From the NCBI GenBank assembly GCA_902599555.1, contig CACKFQ010000002.1:15235-79234 (forward strand): DNA of 64,000 nt, in the 5' to 3' direction. The DNA is from an uncultured Candidatus Actinomarina sp. Its GTDB lineage: Bacteria; Actinomycetota; Acidimicrobiia; Actinomarinales; Actinomarinaceae. This document shows, piece after piece, positions 29,381-37,779 of this stretch. A program made the translations under genes and the position numbers. Below the pieces are notes generated by a model. It had not been told where the DNA came from, ran no database searches, and saw only the letters and a list, made by a program, of their open reading frames with translations. Numbering within the stretch: position 1 is the first letter of the stretch; each line of letters starts with the position of its first letter.

Positions 29381-29912
29381 TTTGCTTTACCGTAAGCAAC
29401 TCATTAATTTTATTTACAAAATTGTCAGTGATGTCTTGTACTTGAGTTTCTAAACGTTTAATTTCATCAGCAGAATTATCATCTTTTAATTTAGATATTT
29501 CATCAATTCCAAATCTTCTATGAGTCCTTATTGATACTTTTGCATCTTCAGATGCTTTTGATGCAACCTTTCCTAATTCTTTTCTTCTTTCTTCTGAAAG
29601 AGCCGGAATAGGTATACGTACTACTTCGCCGTCATTTGTTGGATTAAGGCCTATGTCAGCATTTAATATTGATTTTTCAATTTCATCTAATGAATTTTTG
29701 TCAAAAGGTTGAATTACTAATAGCTTTGGATCCGGAACTGATATAGTTGCGAGTTGTTGAAGAGGTGTTTTTGTTCCATAATATTCAACTGTAAGCTTGT
29801 CTACTAGTGCTGGGTTTGCTCTTCCAGTTCTTATTGTTGCAAACTCGTCCACTAGATGATTTATAGTTGTGAGCATTTTATTCTCAACTTCTTTGATTAA
29901 TGTTTCAGACAT
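29361..29912 (-). CDS. frr: Ribosome recycling factor
   Basis: 'IRTGRANP', 'LNPTNDG', 'LSEERRKEL'. Confidence 0.97.
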   Translation of the reverse strand: MSETLIKEVENKMLTTINHLVDEFATIRTGRANPALVDKLTVEYYGTKTPLQQLATISVPDPKLLVIQPFDKNSLDEIEKSILNADIGLNPTNDGEVVRIPIPALSEERRKELGKVASKASEDAKVSIRTHRRFGIDEISKLKDDNSADEIKRLETQVQDITDNFVNKINELLTVKQNELLEV

Positions 29913-29916
29913 AAAT

Positions 29917-30618
29917 CTATTTTATTAATGTTCCTAAAGATTCACCAGTTAAAGCTTTGTATATATTTCCAGTTGTTGTGCCGTCAAATACTCTTATAGG
30001 CATTTTGTTTTCTTCGCATAATGTAATAGCCGTAAGATCCATCACTTTAAGTTTGCTAGAAACAACTTCTTTATAAGATATCTCATCGAATTTTTTTGCA
30101 TCTTTATCTTTTTCAGGATCTTTATCAAAGACACCATCCACTCTTGTGGACTTAAGCATTAAGGATGCTTCTATCTCAGCAGCTCTTAAAGATGCGGCTG
30201 TATCAGTTGTAAAATAAGGATTACCAGTGCCTGCTGCAAAAATTACTACTCTCCCTTTTTCTAAGTGCCTAATAGCTCTCAGTCTTATATAAGGTTCAGC
30301 AACTGCTGTCATTGTGATTGCAGACTGAACTCTTGTTTGAGTTCCATTTTTGTCTAAAGCATCTTTTAAAGCTACAGCATTGATTACTGTTGCTAACATT
30401 CCCATATAATCAGCATTAGCTTGTGCCATATTTTTTGCTGATTCTTGTACTCCTCTGAAGAAGTTTCCACCACCTACAACAACTCCAATTTCAATACCTT
30501 TGTTGTTAGCTTCTGTTATTTCAGAAGCGATTCTTTCAATAGTTTCTGGTTGTATACCAAAGTTTGATACCGGATCTGCAAAAGATTCTCCGGAAAGTTT
30601 GAGAAGAATCCTGCTCAT
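29917..30618 (-). CDS. pyrH: UMP kinase
   Basis: 'LKLSGE', 'GGGNFFRG', 'GNPYFTTD'. Confidence 0.97.
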   Translation of the reverse strand: MSRILLKLSGESFADPVSNFGIQPETIERIASEITEANNKGIEIGVVVGGGNFFRGVQESAKNMAQANADYMGMLATVINAVALKDALDKNGTQTRVQSAITMTAVAEPYIRLRAIRHLEKGRVVIFAAGTGNPYFTTDTAASLRAAEIEASLMLKSTRVDGVFDKDPEKDKDAKKFDEISYKEVVSSKLKVMDLTAITLCEENKMPIRVFDGTTTGNIYKALTGESLGTLIK

Positions 30619-30621
30619 AAT

Positions 30622-31230
30622 TTAGGCTCCTACTTCTATTCGAGAGAATTTCTTAATATAAATTTTTTCACCTAATCTACCAGAAAGTTCTTCAATCATG
30701 GTACCTACTTGGCCTTCGTAAAAGTCTGGATTACAGAAAGTTTGTTCATTTAAAACATAATCTTTATAAAAAGATGAAATTTTACCTTCAACAATTTTTT
30801 CAATCACTTCTGCAGGTTTACCTTCATTTTCGGATTGTTTTTGAATTATATCTTTTTCTTCATCTATTCTTGACTCAGGTACTTCGTCAATATTTACAAA
30901 TTCTGGTTTTAATGCAGCAATATGCATAGCAATTTGTTTTGCAACATTTTTAAACTCTTCCGATTTGGCAACAAAATCAGTTTCACATGCGAGTTCAACT
31001 AACACTCCTGATACGGCTCTATCTTGTTGGTAATGTATATAATCACCAATTGTTCCTTGATTAGCTTCCTTATCAGCTCTTTTCTTTGAATCTGCTAATC
31101 CTTTTTCTCTTAAAAATTTAACCGCTTTATCAAAATCACCAGAGCTTTCTGAAAGAGCCTTTTTAGCATCCATCATTCCTGCACCTGTCATATCACGTAA
31201 TTTTTTTACGTCTGAAGCTGAGATTGTCAT
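30622..31230 (-). CDS. tsf: Elongation factor Ts (short form)
   Basis: 'LRDMTGAGMMD', 'ETDFVA'. Confidence 0.97.
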   Translation of the reverse strand: MTISASDVKKLRDMTGAGMMDAKKALSESSGDFDKAVKFLREKGLADSKKRADKEANQGTIGDYIHYQQDRAVSGVLVELACETDFVAKSEEFKNVAKQIAMHIAALKPEFVNIDEVPESRIDEEKDIIQKQSENEGKPAEVIEKIVEGKISSFYKDYVLNEQTFCNPDFYEGQVGTMIEELSGRLGEKIYIKKFSRIEVGA

Positions 31231-31940
31231 TACTCACTCTCCTTATTTTCGACTTGGTCTCTTTTACCCGAACCTTTTAAGCAAGCATCTGCTATTGCTG
31301 AAGCTATAAGTTCAATTGACCTAATTGCATCGTCATTTCCTGGAATTAAGAAATCTATCCCTTCTGGGTTTACATTAGAATCGGCTAATCCTATAACAGG
31401 TATGCCTAATTTCTGAGCTTCTGTAATAGCTGTAGTTTCATTTGCAAGATCTACAACAAATAAAGCATCTGGAAGTTTGTTTAGATTGACAATTCCACCA
31501 ATTGATTTATTTAATTTTTCAATTTCTCTTTTTATTTTAAGTCTTTCAGATTTTGTATATGCATTAATCTCACCTGAAGATTCTAAAGATACTAATTCTT
31601 TCAAGTAAACAACTCTTTTAATAATTGTTTTAAAATTTGTAAGCATTCCACCAAGCCATCGAAAATTTACGTATGGCATTCCTGCTCTATTTGCTTGATC
31701 TTCAATAACTTGTTGAGCTTGAGGTTTAGTTCCAACAAAAAGAACTTTTCCACTGTTAGCTACTAATTTTTGAACGTAGTCTTGAGCTTGTTCTATAGCT
31801 TCATGTGTAATTCTTAAGTCAAGAATGTGAATGCCGCTTTTTGCGCCATAAATATATTTGTCCATTTTCGGATTCCATCTTTGAGTTTGATGGCCAAAAT
31901 GCACACCTGCTTCAAGCAGATCTTTCATTGATGCAGACAT
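31230..31940 (-). CDS. rpsB: 30S ribosomal protein S2
   Basis: 'AGVHFGH', 'WNPKM', 'RWLGGMLTN', 'PGNDDA'. Confidence 0.98.
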   Translation of the reverse strand: MSASMKDLLEAGVHFGHQTQRWNPKMDKYIYGAKSGIHILDLRITHEAIEQAQDYVQKLVANSGKVLFVGTKPQAQQVIEDQANRAGMPYVNFRWLGGMLTNFKTIIKRVVYLKELVSLESSGEINAYTKSERLKIKREIEKLNKSIGGIVNLNKLPDALFVVDLANETTAITEAQKLGIPVIGLADSNVNPEGIDFLIPGNDDAIRSIELIASAIADACLKGSGKRDQVENKESE

Positions 31941-31964
31941 CTAATTTCTCCTTTGGTTAATTCA

Positions 31965-32031
31965 TCCCACATTCCTTGCCTAAGCGGTTTCCAAACTTTC
32001 GTTCACCAAGGAAACTTGTAAATGTGGTGTC
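31965..32031 (-). ncRNA. rpsB (S2) 5' leader structure
   Basis: Minus-strand RNA pairs CCACAU/AUGUGG (basal stem) and UCCUUG/CAAGGA (inner stem) ahead of SD AAAGGAG; resembles S2 autoregulatory leaders. Confidence 0.6.
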
Positions 32032-32069
32032 TATTTTCTTTAAAAATTCTAATATTAATGCTGTATTAA

Positions 32070-32939
32070 TCAACCCCTTGGATGAGATTGTTTGTATTTT
32101 TTCTTCAATTGCTTTTTTGATACATGTGTATATATTTGAGTAGTATTTGGATCATTGTGACCAAGAAGCTCCTGTACTATTCGTAAATCTGCTCCCCCGT
32201 CTAAAAGATGTGTTGCAAAAGTATGTCTTAAGCTGTGTGGAAAAGTTCCAACTCTAAGTTTTACAATTCTTCTTATTTCCCTATCACTTAATTTTCCGCC
32301 CCTTATGCCTAAAAATAAAAATTGACCAGATTTTTCATTGGCAAATATTTCCCTAGCAATCTTTAAATAGTTATTAATACTATTAAATGCACGTTCAGTT
32401 ATTGGTAAAACCCTCTCCTTACTACCTTTCCCCAAAACTTTAATAGATTTATTACTTCTAATATCTTTAATCACGAGATTGCTAACTTCACTTACTCGAA
32501 GGCCAGATGAATACATTAGTTCTAATATGGCTTTATCTCTAATCTCTTTATTGTTACTTACAGGTAAAGAATCAAGAAGTTCATTAATGTAGTTTGCGGT
32601 TAATACATTTGGAAGTTTTTTATCTGTTTTTAAGCTTGTAACTCGTTTAATTTGGTCTTTTTCAAAATAATCATTTTCTGCACTCCAAAACAAAAAAGAT
32701 CTAATAGATGTAATTTTTCTGTTGATTGTAGATTTTGAGTAATTTTTTTTAGAACAGATTTTTAAAAAATTTGAAAACTCTCCTACATTGTTCTCTTCAT
32801 TCAAATACTGAGAAATATCATTTTTGTAAGACTTTATAGTATTTGGCGAATAATTATTAATTTTTTCAAGTGTATTTAAATATTGATTTAAAATTTCTTC
32901 TTGATTGCTTTTATTATCTAGCTTCAAGTCTTTTCTCAA
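32070..32939 (-). CDS. xerC: Tyrosine recombinase XerC/XerD
   Basis: 'YSSGLRVSE', 'GKGSKER', 'HSLRHTFATHLL', 'LLGH', 'TQIY'; usual actinobacterial position upstream of rpsB. Confidence 0.88.
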   Translation of the reverse strand: MRKDLKLDNKSNQEEILNQYLNTLEKINNYSPNTIKSYKNDISQYLNEENNVGEFSNFLKICSKKNYSKSTINRKITSIRSFLFWSAENDYFEKDQIKRVTSLKTDKKLPNVLTANYINELLDSLPVSNNKEIRDKAILELMYSSGLRVSEVSNLVIKDIRSNKSIKVLGKGSKERVLPITERAFNSINNYLKIAREIFANEKSGQFLFLGIRGGKLSDREIRRIVKLRVGTFPHSLRHTFATHLLDGGADLRIVQELLGHNDPNTTQIYTHVSKKQLKKKYKQSHPRG

Positions 32940-33669
32940 GTCTTCTTTGTAATCCAGAAAGGATGAGTGTAATAATTAAATACATCACAGTAAGAACGAG
33001 ATAAGTTTCTGCAAATCTAAATGTACTTCCAGAATATAACCTTCCTCTATACGTTAGATCTTCTACTGCTAATACTGATAACAATGAGGAGTCTTTCATC
33101 ATAGAAATAAAATCATTTCCTAGTGCAGGAAGCATATTTCGAAAAGCTTGAGGCAAAACTATATGTCTCATTACTTGTCTTTCAGATAGACCTAGCGATG
33201 CTCCACCCTCTCTTTGACCTACAGGTACAGATTCAATTCCAGCTCGAAATACTTCAGCAATATATGCTCCATAGAATACTGAAAGTGCAATTATTGCTCT
33301 AACCAACATTGGGACGTTACCATTATTAATGTTGAAAAATTCTGCAGCTCTAACGACTACTACGAAAGCAATTGTAAAAATAAGTATAAGCACGGGAACC
33401 CCACGAATAAATTCGATATATGTTCTTGAGATTGTTCGTGCAAATTTATTCTTGGAAATCCTTCCTATTCCAGAAATCAATCCAAGAAATAATGCAATTA
33501 TGAATGATATAAAAGTTGAAAGGAAAGTAATTGTAAGTCCGGGAAGTATAAAATTAAAAGCTTTGTTGTATTCAGGCTCTGAATAGATCATAAATAGCAT
33601 ATAAGCTATAACTCCACTTAAAATAAGAATCCACCAATTGTCTGGTTTAAGAAGATTTTTTATTTTCAT
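32914..33669 (-). CDS. Polar amino acid ABC transporter permease
   Basis: 'YIEFIRGVP', 'AYIAEVFRAGI', 'LPQAFR..LP..N...KDSSL'; start set to ATG 33669. Confidence 0.93.
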   Translation of the reverse strand: MKIKNLLKPDNWWILILSGVIAYMLFMIYSEPEYNKAFNFILPGLTITFLSTFISFIIALFLGLISGIGRISKNKFARTISRTYIEFIRGVPVLILIFTIAFVVVVRAAEFFNINNGNVPMLVRAIIALSVFYGAYIAEVFRAGIESVPVGQREGGASLGLSERQVMRHIVLPQAFRNMLPALGNDFISMMKDSSLLSVLAVEDLTYRGRLYSGSTFRFAETYLVLTVMYLIITLILSGLQRRLEKRLEAR

Positions 33670-33687
33670 TTGTATCCATAATAAAGC

Positions 33688-33713
33688 AATAGGCACGGAT
33701 ATCCGTGCCTATT
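33688..33713. terminator. Perfect 26-bp inverted repeat between binding-protein and permease genes
   Basis: AATAGGCACGGATATCCGTGCCTATT is its own reverse complement. Confidence 0.75.
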
Positions 33714-33741
33714 ACAAATTTAAATATAAGTAAACTTTTAC

Positions 33742-34629
33742 TTATACTTCGCAGTCCTCTGGAAGATATTCTTCTGGAATGTTTTCATCACATTCTGCGA
33801 TATCATCATAAGTTACTGAGAAGTCAGGTGAGAAGAACTTAGCATTTATTTCAGCAAGTTTTCCACTATCCTTCATTGCTGCCAACCCTTGATTAACTAC
33901 ATCTACTAATGGACTTCCATTAGGAAATGCAAAACCGAGTTGTTCAGAAGTTAAGTCACCACCTACCAATTTAACTTGGTCTTTGTTGGCTCCCATGTAA
34001 CCTAAACCAGCTGTTTCATCAATGATTGATGCATCTGCATCACCAGAAATAACAGCTTGGATTGCAAAGTTAAAATCATCAAAAGCTTGAACTTTATCTT
34101 CTCCAAGTTCTGAAACTGCAAACTCATAGTTTGTAGTACCTTTTTGAGTAGCTACTGTGTAATCTCCATTTTTGAGATCATCGATACTTGTAATTTCTGT
34201 GTTTCCAACTGCTACAAGTACTCTTTGGGCTAAATTAATATATCCATCTGAAAAGTCGATAATTTCATCTCTTTCAGCTGTAATAGTAATTCCATCACCT
34301 GCGACCATGAATTGGCCATCAGCTACTGCTTGTATCATTCCATCCCATGCTGCTGGTATGTAAACTGGTGTAAAGTTCATTAACTCACCCATGTGGTTAA
34401 AGACATCATAGTCCCAACCTTTTGCTTCACCATCAGCGGCATCAATATAGTTAAATGGAAGATAAGCATTTTCTACAGCAAATGTAAATTCACATCCACC
34501 TAGATCAGGTAATCCATTTTCTCCTGTTGTAATTTCTACCTCATCACAAGGTGTAGCTTCAGCGCCTCCACACGCAGCTGCAACCAATGCGAGAACAAAA
34601 ATTAAAAGGAGTGATTTCTTAGTTTTCAC
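33742..34629 (-). CDS. Amino acid ABC transporter substrate-binding lipoprotein (family 3)
   Basis: Lipobox 'VAAAC', 'AYLPFNY', 'ITITAER...DFSDGY', 'QKGTT'; GTG start with SD GGAGG. Confidence 0.93.
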   Translation of the reverse strand: MKTKKSLLLIFVLALVAAACGGAEATPCDEVEITTGENGLPDLGGCEFTFAVENAYLPFNYIDAADGEAKGWDYDVFNHMGELMNFTPVYIPAAWDGMIQAVADGQFMVAGDGITITAERDEIIDFSDGYINLAQRVLVAVGNTEITSIDDLKNGDYTVATQKGTTNYEFAVSELGEDKVQAFDDFNFAIQAVISGDADASIIDETAGLGYMGANKDQVKLVGGDLTSEQLGFAFPNGSPLVDVVNQGLAAMKDSGKLAEINAKFFSPDFSVTYDDIAECDENIPEEYLPEDCEV

Positions 34630-34661
34630 TTAGTAAACCTCCGTTTTCTTAAGTAATGATT

Positions 34662-34699
34662 ATTGCATAAAAATGCATATAAATGAATAATTATACATA
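34662..34699. promoter_or_regulatory. Tandem ARG boxes (putative ArgR operator)
   Basis: ATTGCATAAAAATGCATA (34662-34679) and AATGAATAATTATACATA (34682-34699): two 18-bp boxes 2 bp apart, matching TG(A/C)AT-N4-AT(G/T/A)CA. Confidence 0.7.
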
Positions 34700-34703
34700 T
34701 TTT

Positions 34704-35459
34704 TTATTCATCTAATGTATTTTTATAAGCTGGTGGTCTTTTATCTAAAAATGCTGACATTCCTTCAGCTGCATCTGAATGAAGAAATCTTTTATTTTGG
34801 TTTTCTGTCTCTAAATCTAAAGATTCACTGAATGTTTTGTCCAAACCTTCTCTTATTTGTTGTTTAATCATACATATAGATATAAAACTTTGTTTGTTTA
34901 AACTTTCAATTAATGATTCGAATTCTTTATCCATATCTTCTAAAGAACATAACTTGTGTAAAACACCAAGATTATTTAGTTCAGTACCATTGATTTCATT
35001 TGATGTCATCATTAAAGATTTTGCTTTTTGAATTCCAATAATTCGTGGTAGAACCCACGAACCACCAAAATCAACAACTAACCCTCTCCTAACAAAAACT
35101 TCAATAAATCTTGTCTCTGGTGTAGCAATTATAAAATCACTTAAAAGCATCATATTTGAACCAGCACCGGCAGCAATACCATTAACAAGCGAGATTACTG
35201 GTTTTTTACAATTCCACAAAGTTTCTGCAGCATTTGATACATCTTCCATTAAGGAGTTAATATTTTCACCCAGTTGTGCTCCAGCAGAATAATTACCATT
35301 AATATGTTTAATTACTAAATACTTCTGATCACTTTTTTCAAAAGATTCAATTTCAGATTTTAATGACTTCCAGTCTCCTGAACTTATAGCATTAAGAGAT
35401 GCTTCATCATTAAAATACAGATACTTAATATCGTTTTCAATTTTTGTTTCAAGAACCAT
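34704..35459 (-). CDS. Enoyl-CoA hydratase/isomerase family protein
   Basis: 'NAIS', 'YSAGAQL', 'KPVISLVNGIAAGAG', 'EGMSAFLDKRPP'. Confidence 0.9.
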   Translation of the reverse strand: MVLETKIENDIKYLYFNDEASLNAISSGDWKSLKSEIESFEKSDQKYLVIKHINGNYSAGAQLGENINSLMEDVSNAAETLWNCKKPVISLVNGIAAGAGSNMMLLSDFIIATPETRFIEVFVRRGLVVDFGGSWVLPRIIGIQKAKSLMMTSNEINGTELNNLGVLHKLCSLEDMDKEFESLIESLNKQSFISICMIKQQIREGLDKTFSESLDLETENQNKRFLHSDAAEGMSAFLDKRPPAYKNTLDE

Positions 35460-35496
35460 ATTTCAAGTTTAATATATTTTAATTTAGAATGTAGTT

Positions 35497-35604
35497 ATGG
35501 GATTTGATCCAAATAGACCTTACAAGGCAAATAAAACTGACTATATCAATATTATTTTTGCTTTCATACTTACGGCAATTGTTGTTATATGGGCTTTAAA
35601 CTAA
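35497..35604 (+). CDS. Small membrane protein, 35 aa (not in ORF track)
   Basis: MGFDPNRPYKANKTDYINIIFAFILTAIVVIWALN*; one TM segment; TAGAAT 6 nt before the ATG. Confidence 0.65.
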   Translation: MGFDPNRPYKANKTDYINIIFAFILTAIVVIWALN

Positions 35605-36172
35605 AAGATTTTCTATGAATATCAGATAAACCATATTTTGAAATAGCCTCTCTATGATCTTTTGTTCCATAACCTTTATTCTTTTCGAATGAAAATTCAG
35701 GATATTTTTCTGAAAATTTGATCATTAAATTATCTCTGAGAACTTTTGCGATAACACTTGCTAAAGCTATTGCTCTGCAATTATCTTCTCCTCTAACTAC
35801 AGAGATAGATTTAAAGTCGTTAATTTTAAAATGATCAACATATACTATTTCATTGCCAGTGTAGATATCTGAGATTGAGTCAGTTAAAACTTTTTCATTA
35901 GCGTTCTTGATTCCAAATTGATCAATAAAAGTATTCGATGATTCATTAAATGAATACTCAATGTTATTTTCTTTGACCATTAAAAATATTTCTTCTCTTT
36001 TTTTTGCACTAAGTTTTTTTGAATCTTTTACGTTAGTTAGTAGTGCTAAATGTGAATAATTAATCTTTACAGCTGCAGCACATATTGGACCAGCAAAAGA
36101 ACCTCTGCCTACTTCATCTGCTCCTATTATGTATTTGGCTGGATCTTCTGACCAAACTTTATCTTCAATCAT
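35585..36172 (-). CDS. rnhB: Ribonuclease HII
   Basis: 'GADEVGRG..AGP', 'DSKKL', 'ASVIAKV', 'KGYGT', 'HRKSF'. Confidence 0.96.
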   Translation of the reverse strand: MIEDKVWSEDPAKYIIGADEVGRGSFAGPICAAAVKINYSHLALLTNVKDSKKLSAKKREEIFLMVKENNIEYSFNESSNTFIDQFGIKNANEKVLTDSISDIYTGNEIVYVDHFKINDFKSISVVRGEDNCRAIALASVIAKVLRDNLMIKFSEKYPEFSFEKNKGYGTKDHREAISKYGLSDIHRKSFSLKPI

Positions 36173-36749
36173 TTAAATTTGTAAAATTTTCAAATGGGAA
36201 AATCACATAATAAGCTTTCCCAACAATATTATTATAAGGTATTGTTCCGATATATCTAGAATCTTGGCTGTTTATTCTGTTATCCCCTAAAACAAATATC
36301 TCACCATCAGGGACAATATATGTTTGGTCTTTGAAGTATCTACCTTCTTCAATATTAAGCACTACAAATCTGTTGTTATTTACAAATACTTCTCCTGATT
36401 GATTAATAACTACTTCATCACCACCAGTACCAACAACCCGTTTTATTAATGCGGTATTTAAATAAGTCTGATCATTGGTTAATTTCCAAATCTGTAAAGA
36501 CTCTATAAATTGGTCATAATAATTTTCATCAAACTGTGTTTGCGGACCATAAAAGACAACAATATCACCGGTAGTTATATCTGTATCTATGAAGGTATTC
36601 TTTACTACTAAAACTCTGTCATTAACTTCTAAGGTTGGTTCCATAGAAGATGATGGAATGAAATAAATTTGTATAAGAAAAGTTCTAACTAATGTAGCTG
36701 CAACAATAGCTAAAAGAATTATTAGTGATGAATTAAGTAACTTCTTTAT
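36165..36749 (-). CDS. lepB: Signal peptidase I (start probably non-canonical)
   Basis: Box B 'IPSSSMEPTL', 'IKRVVG', 'GDNRINSQDSR'. The TM anchor and catalytic Ser lie upstream of ATG 36644; the frame is open to 36761 with only ATT/ATA candidate starts. Confidence 0.9.
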   Translation of the reverse strand: MKKLLNSSLIILLAIVAATLVRTFLIQIYFIPSSSMEPTLEVNDRVLVVKNTFIDTDITTGDIVVFYGPQTQFDENYYDQFIESLQIWKLTNDQTYLNTALIKRVVGTGGDEVVINQSGEVFVNNNRFVVLNIEEGRYFKDQTYIVPDGEIFVLGDNRINSQDSRYIGTIPYNNIVGKAYYVIFPFENFTNLND

Positions 36750-36761
36750 AATAATAAAAGT

Positions 36762-37106
36762 TTAATTACGATCTTCTTTTATTTTGGCTGATTTACCAAC
36801 ACGATCTCTTAGATAATAAAGTTTGGATCTTCTTACTTTACCTTTTCTAATAACTTCAATTGAATCAACAATTGGTGCATGAACTGGAAAAATTCTTTCG
36901 ACACCAACACCAAAAGAAAGTTTTCTAACTGTAATAGTTTTATTTACTCCTACACCATTTATAGCAATAATTACACCTTCGAATGTCTGAATTCTTTCTC
37001 TGTTTCCTTCAGATACTTTTACGTTAACTTTTACAGTATCTCCAGCACCAAAGGAAGGTAAGTCTTCCTTTAAGAATTCGTTTTCAATGCTTTTTATTAA
37101 GTCCAT
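36762..37106 (-). CDS. rplS: 50S ribosomal protein L19
   Basis: 'GDTVKV', 'RIQTFEG', 'GVGVERIFP', 'KLYYLR'. Confidence 0.98.
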   Translation of the reverse strand: MDLIKSIENEFLKEDLPSFGAGDTVKVNVKVSEGNRERIQTFEGVIIAINGVGVNKTITVRKLSFGVGVERIFPVHAPIVDSIEVIRKGKVRRSKLYYLRDRVGKSAKIKEDRN

Positions 37107-37143
37107 AGTTGCTCCAGATGAGAATTATATAATTAAATTAAGT

Positions 37144-37779
37144 TTATATGTCTTTTAAATTATTCTTTTTCCATTCATCTATTTTTTGATGATTTCCTGA
37201 CAAAAGTACCTCTGGTACTTTCTTATTTTTAAAGATTTCAGGTCTTGTATAGACAGGATAATCAATTTTATTATCTGTAAAAGTTTCACTTTCTAATGAC
37301 TCAGGGTTTCCTAACACATCTGGGATTTTCCTAATCAATGCTTCTAGTAAATACAAAGCTGGGATTTCTCCCCCGGAAACAACAGATTGGCCAATTGATA
37401 TTTCATAATCAGAATGAATTTCTAAAATTCTTTGATCATAACCCTCGTATCTACCACATACCAAATTAATTGACCTGTATTCAAGTAATTCACTTATGAG
37501 GTTTTCATTTAATTGTTGTCCTGATGGGGTTAGGAAAACATTAATATCTGCTTTGGTGTAAGTTATAGCTTTGTCTAATGGTTCTGGCATCAAAACCATT
37601 CCTGGCCCACCGCCATATGGAGCATCATCAACTTGTTTATATGTTCCTATGCCAAAATCTCTTAGGTTTGTTGAATTTATAGCTACTAAATTATTTTTTA
37701 ATGCTTGATTAATTATCCCGGTATTTTTCCATTCTTCAATTAGATTTGGAAATAATGTTATTACATTGTAAGAATTCAT
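37144..37779 (-). CDS. trmD: tRNA (guanine-N1)-methyltransferase
   Basis: 'VDDAPYGGGPGM', 'CGRYEG', 'YTRP', 'LLSGNH'. Confidence 0.96.
   Translation of the reverse strand: MNSYNVITLFPNLIEEWKNTGIINQALKNNLVAINSTNLRDFGIGTYKQVDDAPYGGGPGMVLMPEPLDKAITYTKADINVFLTPSGQQLNENLISELLEYRSINLVCGRYEGYDQRILEIHSDYEISIGQSVVSGGEIPALYLLEALIRKIPDVLGNPESLESETFTDNKIDYPVYTRPEIFKNKKVPEVLLSGNHQKIDEWKKNNLKDI

Noticed and set aside
32070-32939. Tyrosine recombinase as a possible phage or island integrase
   Set aside because: Size, motifs and position upstream of rpsB fit chromosomal XerC; no att-like repeats, tRNA or mobile genes nearby.
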